Of a DNA stretch of 64,000 nucleotides, positions 54,344 to 63,700 are shown piece after piece. The position numbers were made by a program, and so were the translations under genes. Numbering within the stretch: the stretch's first letter is position 1; each line of letters opens with the position of its first letter. This DNA comes from an uncultured Bacteroidia bacterium. GTDB lineage: Bacteria > Bacteroidota > Bacteroidia > J057 > CALAJH01. The stretch lies in NCBI GenBank assembly GCA_937922655.1, contig CALAJH010000024.1, forward strand, positions 60,151 through 124,150, in the 5' to 3' direction. The notes beneath the pieces are model-generated. The model was not told the DNA's origin. It saw only the letters and a list, made by a program, of their open reading frames with translations, and made no database searches.

Positions 54344-55429
54344 TTGAAACAGGATAAAGTCGTCGTCGGGGTAACGATGGGGGACCCCAACGGCATCGGT
54401 CCCGAACTGCTCATCAACGCCTTTGGAGAATCGCGTATGGCGAATTTGTTCGTTCCCGTCATTTACGGTTCGGGAAAGGCGTTGGCGTTTTGGCGCAACC
54501 TCATGAAGGCCGAACGCTTTGGTTACCAGCCCATCGCCCACCCCGACCAAGCCGTACTCAAAAAACCCAACTTCATCGAATGTTCGCCGAATTTTGAGCG
54601 GGTGGACGTGGGCCGACCCACGCCAAGCGGTGGATATGCCGCCTTCGAAGCCCTTGAAAAAGCCACCGCCCATCTCAAAGAAGGCAAATTGGACGCACTC
54701 GTCACCCTGCCCATAGACAAGTCCACCATCCAAAACAAAGACTTCAACTTTCCGGGGCACACCGAATATTTGGCCCAACGCCTCGGCGCCCGCGATTCGA
54801 CCCTACTCATGGTTCATGACGAACTGCGCGTGGCCCTCGTTACCGGCCACATCCCCATTCGCGACGTCGCCGAACACATCAACGCCCCCAAAATTCAAGC
54901 CAAACTTCGGGGATTGATGGATTGTCTAAAAATGGATTTTGGCATCGTAAAACCGAAAATTGCGGTTTTGGGCCTCAACCCCCACGCCGGCGACAACGGC
55001 GTCATCGGCAACGAAGACCAAGAGCATATCGCCAAAGTGGTAGAGGAGGCTCGCAATACGGGCGCCCTTGTTTACGGCCCTTATTCCGCCGACGCCTTCT
55101 TTTCTTATGGCAAATACAAAAAGTTCGACGCGGTTTTGGCCATGTACCACGACCAAGGACTGATTGCGTTCAAAACCTTGTCCCAAAACATGGGGGTGAA
55201 TTTTACCATGGGCTTGCCCGCCGTCCGCACCTCGCCCGACCACGGCACGGCTTACGACATCGCCGGACACAACAAAGCCGATTCCACCTCGTTTTTCAAC
55301 GCCCTGTTTTTGGCGGTGGACGTTTACCGACGACGAACCGAGAACACCGCCCTCTACGCCGGCGCCTTGAAAAAACCGTCCGCCGCCGCCGCATTGCTTG
55401 CCGCCGAAGACGAAACCGTTGGCGAGTAA
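54344..55429 (+). CDS. pdxA: 4-hydroxythreonine-4-phosphate dehydrogenase
   Basis: ...VGVTMGDPNGIGPEL..., ...FPGHTEYLA..., ...GLNPHAGDNG..., ...VRTSPDHGTAYDIAG. The start appears to be TTG 54344. Confidence 0.88.
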   Translation: MKQDKVVVGVTMGDPNGIGPELLINAFGESRMANLFVPVIYGSGKALAFWRNLMKAERFGYQPIAHPDQAVLKKPNFIECSPNFERVDVGRPTPSGGYAAFEALEKATAHLKEGKLDALVTLPIDKSTIQNKDFNFPGHTEYLAQRLGARDSTLLMVHDELRVALVTGHIPIRDVAEHINAPKIQAKLRGLMDCLKMDFGIVKPKIAVLGLNPHAGDNGVIGNEDQEHIAKVVEEARNTGALVYGPYSADAFFSYGKYKKFDAVLAMYHDQGLIAFKTLSQNMGVNFTMGLPAVRTSPDHGTAYDIAGHNKADSTSFFNALFLAVDVYRRRTENTALYAGALKKPSAAAALLAAEDETVGE

Positions 55430-55472
55430 TTTTTGTTTGCAATTTAACGCCGAATTGCGTAATTTGCGCATT

Positions 55473-56552
55473 ATGAGCAGCATCGCCGAACGTATCGCCG
55501 AAGCCCGAACTTTGCCCGGAAGCTATTACGCGGACCCCAAGGTTTTTCATCGGCTCAAAGACGACGTTTTTGTCAAAAGCTGGCAATGGGTCGGTTCCAC
55601 GCGCGAAGTTCACGAGCCGGGAAGGGTTTTTCCCTTTACGCTTTTGCCCGGTCTTTTGGACGAACCCTTGCTTTTGACCCGCGACCTCGACGACCGCCTC
55701 CACTGCCTTTCCAACGTTTGTACTCACAGGGGCAATTTGGTCGTCGAACACCCGGGTTCGCAACGCGACTTGCGTTGTCGATATCACGGCCGACGGTTCA
55801 AATTGGACGGCGCCTTTGCACACATGCCCGAATTTGAAGGCGTCGAAGGCTTCCCCGCCCCCGAGGATTGCCTGCCCAAAGTCCCTTTTGCCGTTTGGAA
55901 AAACATCGTTTTTTGCAGTGTGGACCCCGTCGTTGCTTTTGACGAATGGTTCGCCCCCGTCCGCGAGCGTATGGACTGGCTGGACGTAGAGAATTATCGC
56001 TTCGAACCCGGTTTGTCCCGAGAATACATCGTCCACGCCCCGTGGGCGCTTTACTGCGACAATTATCTTGAAGGCTTTCATATCCCTTACGTCCACCCCG
56101 GACTGACCCAAGCCCTTGACTACGGCGCCTATTATACCGACGTTTACGACTGGTGCAACGTTCAGGTCGGCATTTCCAAAGGCGGGGAATACGTCTTCGA
56201 TTTGCCACAAGACCATGTGGATTACGGCAAAGCCGTCGCGGGTTACTATTGGTGGCTTTTTCCCAACCTCATGCTGAACTTTTACCCTTGGGGACTGTCG
56301 GTAAACGTGGTGCGTCCCGTGGACGTAAGCCGCACCAAAGTGGAATTTTTGACGTTCGTGGGCAAGCCCGAACTTTTGGGCAAAGGGGCGGGCGCGGCCC
56401 TCGACCGCGTCGAGCGCGAGGACGAGGCCGTCGTCGAAAACGTGGCCAAGGGCGTAGCTTCCCGCTTCTACAAAAACGGGCGCTTTTCCCCGCGCCGCGA
56501 AACCGGCGTGCATCATTTTCACCGCCTGCTCGACCGTTTTTGTCCGGCGTAG
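55473..56552 (+). CDS. Rieske [2Fe-2S] non-heme-iron oxygenase alpha subunit (choline/carnitine-monooxygenase-like)
   Basis: Rieske motif CLSNVCTHRG...CRYHGRRF. Mononuclear-iron motif NYLEGFHIPYVHPG. Confidence 0.85.
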   Translation: MSSIAERIAEARTLPGSYYADPKVFHRLKDDVFVKSWQWVGSTREVHEPGRVFPFTLLPGLLDEPLLLTRDLDDRLHCLSNVCTHRGNLVVEHPGSQRDLRCRYHGRRFKLDGAFAHMPEFEGVEGFPAPEDCLPKVPFAVWKNIVFCSVDPVVAFDEWFAPVRERMDWLDVENYRFEPGLSREYIVHAPWALYCDNYLEGFHIPYVHPGLTQALDYGAYYTDVYDWCNVQVGISKGGEYVFDLPQDHVDYGKAVAGYYWWLFPNLMLNFYPWGLSVNVVRPVDVSRTKVEFLTFVGKPELLGKGAGAALDRVEREDEAVVENVAKGVASRFYKNGRFSPRRETGVHHFHRLLDRFCPA

Positions 56553-57536
56553 ATGGCGCTTCGCATTTCGGGATTGATTTTGGCGTTGTATGTGTTGGGC
56601 GGCGTTTTTTGTTACCTCGTCGCACCCGACGCCACCGAAAACGCCAACGTCCAAATGCCCGTGTTCGCCCGCAAACCGCCCGGATTCGTTTCGACCTGCG
56701 TCGTCGTTTTCGACGGAAAAACCGAAGGTTCGTGGCTGACGGGTTATCGTCAAAACGCCCGATATTATCCCGCCGTGCCGGGGACGTTGGTTTTTTGCGG
56801 CGATACCGCCGTTTTTACCGACCCCGACGGCTTTACCCAAAAAATCGTCGGCGGTAAAATCGTCGAACGCAGGCATTGGCTGGGAACGGACTTGCTGGGA
56901 CGCGACGTACTGAGCCGACTTTTGGTGGGATGCCGGGCAAGCGTGGGAGTGGGGCTGGCCGCCGCGCTGACAAGTATAATTTTGGGTTTGGCCATAGGGG
57001 CGACGGCCGGGTTTTGGCCCGGCGGATGGGACGCGGCGGCTACATGGTTGATGACCGTTGTCTGGGCCGCGCCGTCGTTTTTGTGGGCCGTGGCGGCGGC
57101 GTTCGTTTTGGAAAAAGGATTTTGGGCGACGACGTTGGCCGTAGCTTTTTCGATATGGGTCGAACCGGCGAGAATCTTGCGCGGCGAAATGCGTTCGGCA
57201 CGTGAAAAATTGTACGTTCAAGCAGCCCGCGCCTACGGCGTCGGCGCCTTTGCACGTTGGCGGCGCCACGCCCTTCCCCCGACTTACGGATTGATTTTGA
57301 TACTTGCAGCCTCAAACTTTTCCACGGCCGTATTGTTGGAGGCGGGATTAAGTTTTTTGGGCTTGGGTTCGCCACCGCCGACCCCGACTTGGGGAGCCAT
57401 GGTGTTTGAGGGTTATCCTTATTTGCCTTTCGGCGCGGGAAGACATTTGGCGCTGGCGCCCGGCGCGGCCATTTCGGGGCTGTGCGTTTGCGGTTACGCG
57501 TTCACCGAAGAACTCCGCCGACGTTGGACAAATTAG
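56553..57536 (+). CDS. ABC transporter permease (OppC/DppC-like), no partner genes nearby
   Basis: ...HWLGTDLLGRDVLSRLL..., ...YVQAARAYGVGAFARWRRHALP..., ...LEAGLSFLGLG... The ATG directly follows the Rieske TAG. Confidence 0.8.
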   Translation: MALRISGLILALYVLGGVFCYLVAPDATENANVQMPVFARKPPGFVSTCVVVFDGKTEGSWLTGYRQNARYYPAVPGTLVFCGDTAVFTDPDGFTQKIVGGKIVERRHWLGTDLLGRDVLSRLLVGCRASVGVGLAAALTSIILGLAIGATAGFWPGGWDAAATWLMTVVWAAPSFLWAVAAAFVLEKGFWATTLAVAFSIWVEPARILRGEMRSAREKLYVQAARAYGVGAFARWRRHALPPTYGLILILAASNFSTAVLLEAGLSFLGLGSPPPTPTWGAMVFEGYPYLPFGAGRHLALAPGAAISGLCVCGYAFTEELRRRWTN

Positions 57537-58359
57537 CCGGCCAAATTTTTTTCCACGCCAAACGGGGCAAATTGGCGGCAACGGCCGCGTTGTACAACGC
57601 CGGCAACAACGGCCCGCGAGAAAGCGCGTACACCGGCTCGTCTTTGCCCCCAAACTTGCTTTTGAAACGATAAAGCCCCCGTGCGGAATAAAACGCTTCG
57701 ATAGGAAAAAGTCGGAGCATACGCGCATATCCTTTCGCTCCGAAAGGGTACGAAAAAGGCGATTCTCCAAGACTCAACTTACGAAAACCGCGTTGAGCGT
57801 AAACGTCGGCGACAAAGGCAATCAAACCCTCCATCGTGCCAACGGGTGCGTCCGCCGCGCGAATCAACGATTCAACATGAACGGCGTCGGGTGAAGGACG
57901 GGTCGTCCACAACGCCGCCGTCCAAGCGCCGGGGCCGCAAGCCCCGAACCATTCCCCCTCGGGTACGCTACGAAACATAAACTTGATTTTCGGAATCCGC
58001 GCATAACGACTTCGAGCAAGAATATCATTGTTGTATTTTTCCACGGGATAAATTCCATATTCGGATTTTTTTCTTCCGCGCCTTATCAATTCGCGTACCG
58101 AGCGCGGCGGCGAATACGGCAAATCCAGCACCGTTTCCACCCCCGTTTGTACCCCGTTCCAACCGCGTTCAACCAAAAAAAGACGGGTAGGACCATCGAC
58201 GCCGCGAATAAAGCAACGTTGGGGCAAAAGCGGATAAACGGACGCAAAATCGCCCGGCACGTCGGCAAAGGCGGGCCAATCGCGCCTTGCCCAAACCCAA
58301 CGCGCCTCCGCCAATTCGGGCGCGTAATGCCAACTCAGCGGCAACCTCGTTTTACTCAT
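57502..58359 (-). CDS. stand-alone DUF2156 / MprF-synthase-C-terminal-like protein
   Basis: ...ARGLYRFKSKFGGKDEPVYAL... signature near the C-terminus. No TM segments. The ATG overlaps the patatin stop (ATGA). Confidence 0.65.
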   Translation of the reverse strand: MSKTRLPLSWHYAPELAEARWVWARRDWPAFADVPGDFASVYPLLPQRCFIRGVDGPTRLFLVERGWNGVQTGVETVLDLPYSPPRSVRELIRRGRKKSEYGIYPVEKYNNDILARSRYARIPKIKFMFRSVPEGEWFGACGPGAWTAALWTTRPSPDAVHVESLIRAADAPVGTMEGLIAFVADVYAQRGFRKLSLGESPFSYPFGAKGYARMLRLFPIEAFYSARGLYRFKSKFGGKDEPVYALSRGPLLPALYNAAVAANLPRLAWKKIWPANLSNVGGVLR

Positions 58360-60617
58360 TTTAAAAGCTGTTCGAGCGTCCGAATGGCGCGTTGGTTCTC
58401 GGGACGGTGAATGGCGTCGGCCACGTCCTCTTTTTCGCGTTGAGTGAGACGAAAGCTCAGCGTCGCCTCCCGAAACTGGCTTCCCGGGATATACTCCAGT
58501 TCCACGACGTCAAAAGGCGAAGGGTACATAGCCCGGGCGTACTCCAAAAGTTGGTCGTTGAAAAAATCTTTGGATTCGATTAATGTGTTGTAGGTCCCGC
58601 CCAAAATACCCAAGGTTTTGGAAATCAAATCCTTGCTTCTCGGATAAATGGGCGAAACACGAACATGGTCGCGAATTTGCACCAAAACCACTCCCGAAGT
58701 GTTTTGTTTAAGCCAATTTTGCATGGCGTAAAGGTATTTGACGGCCATGTTTATGCCGTAATTGTCTATCGCGCCCGCGTCCATGAGTTCTATCATCGGC
58801 TCGGTGGGCAATTCGACGAACGGCAAAATCGTGGGAAACGAGGCGTTGAGCCGCAAGGCGGTGGAAAAGCGCAGACTGTCGGGATGACGGTCGGGAAAAA
58901 GCCGACGAAATTCGACGGCGGAAATCTCGTTTTCGTAAGCGGTGTTGAAATAGGCGGGTTTGACCAAAAACGACAGATTCTGCGGGGAAATCACAAGGGT
59001 GCGTGCATCGTTGACAATGGCCGAACAAAGAATCAAAAGCGGAATTTGGCCGTCGCGTTCGGCTTGGGCGTAGTCGCCCAAACGGCGCGAACCCAAGCCG
59101 GTAATGGCTTCGAAACGTCGGTCGAAAACGTATCCCCGGTCTTGTTTGTAGGTTATGCCCGCATCGACGATTTTGGGACGGGGAGTCGCGAAGTTGGTGG
59201 ACAGACTGAAAATCGGGGCGTTGAGAAGGTCTTTGGAAGCGGCTTCGACGTGTTCGGCGGCGTATAAATCCACCGAGGCGTCGCCGCGGATTTGACGATA
59301 GACGAGGTCGCGATAAAAAGCGGCGCCCATCATGCCGCCGGACGCACCGGAAATCACGCCGATTTGGTCCAAAAATTTTCCACGCATGCGCTTGTCCATT
59401 TCCTGCAAGCACTGCACCGTCCACACCGCCGACCGCGTTCCGCCCCCCGTTACGCACAACAAAACAAACTTGGGTTTGACGTGCAGACCGTATTTTTTTT
59501 GAAACCGGGACTTCCAATTCTCCAAACGGCGGACTTCGGCGGCGTAATCCTTTTGAAGGGTTTCGAAATCGTAAAGCGTATTGAGGTGGCCGACGGAATA
59601 AGGCGTGGGTTTGCCGGAATAGTCCAAGCCGTACGCCTGATTTTCGGAAACGTATTCGGAGTACTTGCTTGCGCCCATGAAAACCAACACCGCAAAGACA
59701 AACGTCAGCGGGCCGATGCGCCGAAGCCAAAACGAAATGGCGCCGATTATCATTATCACAAAAGCGCCCAAAAGCAAAAAACTCCCCGCCGCAGGAATTT
59801 GCATATACGGATTGGCCTCAAAGATACCGACAACGGCCAAAGAAACAAAAATCAATATTTCGGCAAACAAGGCGTTGGCGTGATTCTGATTCAATACCCG
59901 AACGATGGTGCGTACGTCGGCACGCACGGCCCGTGGCGGACGCTTGACTTTCCAAAAATTCGGCAAATAATAGTCCACCCGGCGACCGGTGTCCATCGCG
60001 CGTTTGGCCTCGCGAATAACGGTTCTCGGTTGGCGCAACTCCGAAACTATCGTTTGCCCCAAAAGTTGGAACAAATCCGTATTCGTCCATCGAAAGTAAA
60101 AAAACGCAAAAATCGAAACCAACGCCCCCCCTAAAACCGCCCCCCCGGCGTATTCCCATGCCGTGACCGAAAATCCATGAAACGAAAGAAAGCAGTAAAG
60201 ATACAACAGCCAAAAACTTGTGGGTATCAGCGAATTATTTAAACAAAACCGTAAAAACGGATGGGAATCCGTAAGCAAAAAGTAAAAATTATAGCCCTCG
60301 ATGATGTAACAAGAAAGTTGGTAAGCCAGCGTGAAAACCCCCAAGCAAATCCCAACCCAAAACACGGCCCAAAAATCGAATTTGTCCAAGTAGTCGGGTT
60401 CCAAAAGAAGATAAGGAGCGCCAAATTCGACCATGACGTTTTGGGTCGCCACCAACGCCCAAAACACCCAAAAAACCAAAAGCATTTTGTGAAAACGCAA
60501 CTGACGCACGGCCAACTGAAGCGGCAGGCTGTAATATAAGCCGGTAAAAAAGCGTATAACACGCAGTTCTCGTATTTTCCGCCGTCGCAAAAGTCGAATA
60601 TCCGACGCCCTCATCAT
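58356..60617 (-). CDS. patatin-like phospholipase with ~8-TM N-terminal membrane domain
   Basis: LLCVTGGGTRSAVW (oxyanion hole), VISGASGGMMGAAF (GxSxG), MDAGAIDNYG (catalytic Asp). The first ~330 aa are strongly hydrophobic helices. ATG 60617 preferred over the track's TTG 60662, which lies upstream of the promoter box. Confidence 0.8.
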   Translation of the reverse strand: MMRASDIRLLRRRKIRELRVIRFFTGLYYSLPLQLAVRQLRFHKMLLVFWVFWALVATQNVMVEFGAPYLLLEPDYLDKFDFWAVFWVGICLGVFTLAYQLSCYIIEGYNFYFLLTDSHPFLRFCLNNSLIPTSFWLLYLYCFLSFHGFSVTAWEYAGGAVLGGALVSIFAFFYFRWTNTDLFQLLGQTIVSELRQPRTVIREAKRAMDTGRRVDYYLPNFWKVKRPPRAVRADVRTIVRVLNQNHANALFAEILIFVSLAVVGIFEANPYMQIPAAGSFLLLGAFVIMIIGAISFWLRRIGPLTFVFAVLVFMGASKYSEYVSENQAYGLDYSGKPTPYSVGHLNTLYDFETLQKDYAAEVRRLENWKSRFQKKYGLHVKPKFVLLCVTGGGTRSAVWTVQCLQEMDKRMRGKFLDQIGVISGASGGMMGAAFYRDLVYRQIRGDASVDLYAAEHVEAASKDLLNAPIFSLSTNFATPRPKIVDAGITYKQDRGYVFDRRFEAITGLGSRRLGDYAQAERDGQIPLLILCSAIVNDARTLVISPQNLSFLVKPAYFNTAYENEISAVEFRRLFPDRHPDSLRFSTALRLNASFPTILPFVELPTEPMIELMDAGAIDNYGINMAVKYLYAMQNWLKQNTSGVVLVQIRDHVRVSPIYPRSKDLISKTLGILGGTYNTLIESKDFFNDQLLEYARAMYPSPFDVVELEYIPGSQFREATLSFRLTQREKEDVADAIHRPENQRAIRTLEQLLK

Positions 60618-60642
60618 TAAAACGGTCTTGACAACAAACTTA

Positions 60643-60650
60643 CAAAAATA
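60643..60650 (-). promoter_or_regulatory. -7 promoter box TATTTTTG, 25 nt before the patatin ATG
   Basis: Reverse complement of caaaaata. Perfect TAnnTTTG, just downstream of the preceding terminator. Confidence 0.35.
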
Positions 60651-60660
60651 AGACGGGAAC

Positions 60661-60691
60661 AAAAAAGCGTCGCCCCCGAAGGAGCGACGCT
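60661..60691 (-). terminator. rho-independent terminator after the type A T9SS cargo gene
   Basis: Minus strand: agcgtcgc/gcgacgct 8-bp stem, 10-nt loop, then TTTTTT. Confidence 0.75.
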
Positions 60692-60712
60692 TTACTTAAA
60701 CCGTACTCGTCG

Positions 60713-63700
60713 CTATTTGCCAACCGGCACTTTGAAAACGCCGTTTTCGGCGCCCGAAACGCGCACCAAATAAACGCCCGCGGGAATCGAACCCAGTTTC
60801 ACCTCGCTTTGGCCTCCCGAAACGGCCGTCGCAACGATGCGGCCCGAAAGATCGCTCACCTCGACAAAGCTTTCGCCCGGTTTTCCAAAACGAACCACCA
60901 CCGATTCGCCTACGGCAAACGCCCGCGTCGGAACGACGTCGAGCGCCGTATTGACGGAGGTCGTTTTACCTACGGAAATGGTTTGCTCGGCGGTGGCGTC
61001 GCAGGTTTCGTTGGACGCTTTCACGCTGACGTTAAACGTCCCCTCACTAATATACGTGTGGGTAACGCTCGGTCCCGCATCGACCGTCGTACCGTCGCCA
61101 AAATTCCATTCGTAGGCCGCGGCGCCCGAAGCCAATGCGTTAAACGTTACCGGTTCGCCAAGCGTAGCCGACCTCGGGGCATTCAACGCTAGGCTTACCT
61201 GCGTGCCGCCCAATATCGAAACGATTTGCGTAACCGACTCATTATAAGGCAGGTTGCGCAATTCGACGGTGTAGTCGTCGGGACGAAGGTCGGAAATTAC
61301 GACGGGTTCGGAATTTACGGCGCCCGAAGCCACGGCTATGCCGTGGCCGTCGCGAACGGCATAGAACCAGCCCGACACATCGTCGGTTTGCGCAATGAGG
61401 ATTTGGCCACCGGGGGTTTCGCAGGCGGCGTTCGATTTTTCGATGGCCAGCGGAGCGTAGTATTGTAAATGAAAGCGGAAGCGGTCGGTCTCCGGGTCGA
61501 AATACGTTACGTATTCTTCGGTATGGCGAAGGTTTAGGTGCGTTCCCGTTTTGGTGTCCACGAGCAGAACCAAGGCGGAGGGGTCGAATTGGCTCATTTC
61601 AACGGTTTTCAAGCGAATTTCGCCCGCGCTTGCCACGTCGACGCCCAGTTGCACCCTACGGTTGCCGTTGAGTTCGGAGGTGGCGTTGAGGCAAAGTTTT
61701 TCACCCGTTTCGGCCAAAGAGAAAAGGCTAGGCGCCCCTTGTTCGTAGGGAATGAGTTCTCGGCCGTCCCAACGCGGGTCGAAGTTGGGCGTGGCGGCGG
61801 GAGAATCGTCGGTTTCGGGTTGGTGGTAGACCAAAATTTCGTCGCCCAATTCGTTGGGGGCAATGAGTCGCAGGCGCAAAACTTCCTTCGGCTCGGCGCT
61901 ACGATAATAGGTCGTCGGCGAAGCGGTACGCATCGCGTTGGTAAATTGGAGGTTGCCGCCGCCGCCGTTCGCCTCCACAAAAAAAGCTTGAAACATAGCG
62001 ATAGTGTTCGGTACGGTGGAATCGGGCGTTCCAATAAACCCGTTATGGCTGTTGTATTGCCCTTTAAACAGCGACGTATGCTCAAAACGATAACACGAAC
62101 CGTTTACCCGGCTAGCATTGAACGCTCGGAGGGAACTCCATTCAATGGGCGAAGGATAAGGATTTCCCACCAATTGCCAGCCGGTACCGTTGGGGTTGTC
62201 CGTCGAAGCCTGCTTGGTCATGCTTAGAGCGGTAATGTTACCGTTGTTAAGCGAACCGGTAACGGATATTTTAACGGGAGAAGTCGTGCGAATGGCATAA
62301 CCCCGTCCCACTTCCAGCGGCGTGGCGGCGTTGTTGGAACTTTCCCAACCCACCCATTTTTTCCACGTCAGCAACGGGTTGAGAGGATTGGGATCGGCGG
62401 ACATCCAACCGTAAGCGCTTGTCAACGACTCGTCGTACCAAAAGAAGTTGGCCAAATAGTTGATGGCCGGATAGGTGGTGGTGTATTGAATGGGCTTGGG
62501 AGTGAAACCGGAAATGGTGTTAAAAGCGGCGCTTGAAATTGGCGAGCTGATGTAGCGATAGCCTTGCCCGCCCGTAAATTGACGCTCGACGATGACGTTG
62601 CCGATGACGACGCCCGTTCCAAGGTTCATCAAAATACCCGCCCGAGAATTTCCACCCGAAGCATCGGAACGAATCGCAAAAGTACCCCCGGAATTGACGG
62701 TGTAGTCGTTGTTGTTTAGGTTCATGATACCGTCGGGCATGATTTCAAACGTGGCGCCCGAAACGACAGTAAAGGGGCCGTCGGCGTTAAGTGTGCCCGG
62801 ACTGTTGCCGTTGCCGACGCGAATTTTCCCCCCCGCCAAAAGCGTCGGACGGTTGGGTGCGTTGCCAAAGCCGATAACCGCTTCGATGGACATAAGTCCG
62901 TTGCTGCGAACCTCGACACCCTGAGGAAAGGACCCGGGGGCAATGGGGTTTTGTAATCGAAGCCAGCCCGACGTTCCCGTCTCGTTTACGATAATCGTTC
63001 CGGTGTTGAGAATACTGGCAGTGGGAAGTACGGTAAGCGTTCCATTAATGGCAAGACTGCGTCCCGAGCCCACGGCCAACATATTGGAAACCTTCAAATT
63101 CGAGCCGGCCACCGTTTGATAGCCTCCCGATCCCCCCGTCAAAACGTTAAGATTATAATACGTTCCGTTGCCGTAAAGCGTACCCGTAGTGAACGGTTTC
63201 GTGACAACCCAGCCGTCGCCGTTATTAATAACGGTGTTGTTGTACTGCTGGCCGCTGACGATAAAGTTGGCTTGGTAACTTAAACCATTGTTCAGCTTAA
63301 TAATCGAGCCCGTGTTAAAGTAACTCAAACTGGCTATCGCTTCGACGTTGTCATTGTCGGCGCCGGCATTGAGTTCGAGGGTGCCGCCGTTTTCCACGGT
63401 CAAAATACCGCTGTTTTCGCCATTGATGCCGTAAAAGTCAATAAGAAATTCACTGGAAGAAGCGACGGTACCGCCATTTTTGATGTTTAAGTCGGAATCG
63501 TCGAAATAAATACAGCCGCCGTTTTCAAAGGTCACTTGGTTAAGCACCGCCGTTCCCCAAATGTTAACGACCGAACGGGTCGAACCTTTTTTGAAAGCCT
63601 TGATACCGCTCCCTTCGAGTGCGGGGTCGCCTGCGAAAGAGCCTAAACGACTTGAGCCTTCGAGGGTAAGGAGGGAATTGGCGTTGGCGTTGAGGGTGGC

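Noticed and set aside
55296-57269. 657-aa minus-strand ORF spanning pdxA's end, the Rieske gene and half of the permease gene
   Set aside because: It has the same shadow-frame explanation. It crosses a gene boundary only because the two + strand genes share a frame with no spacer. Its sequence is Arg/Gly/Pro-rich and featureless.
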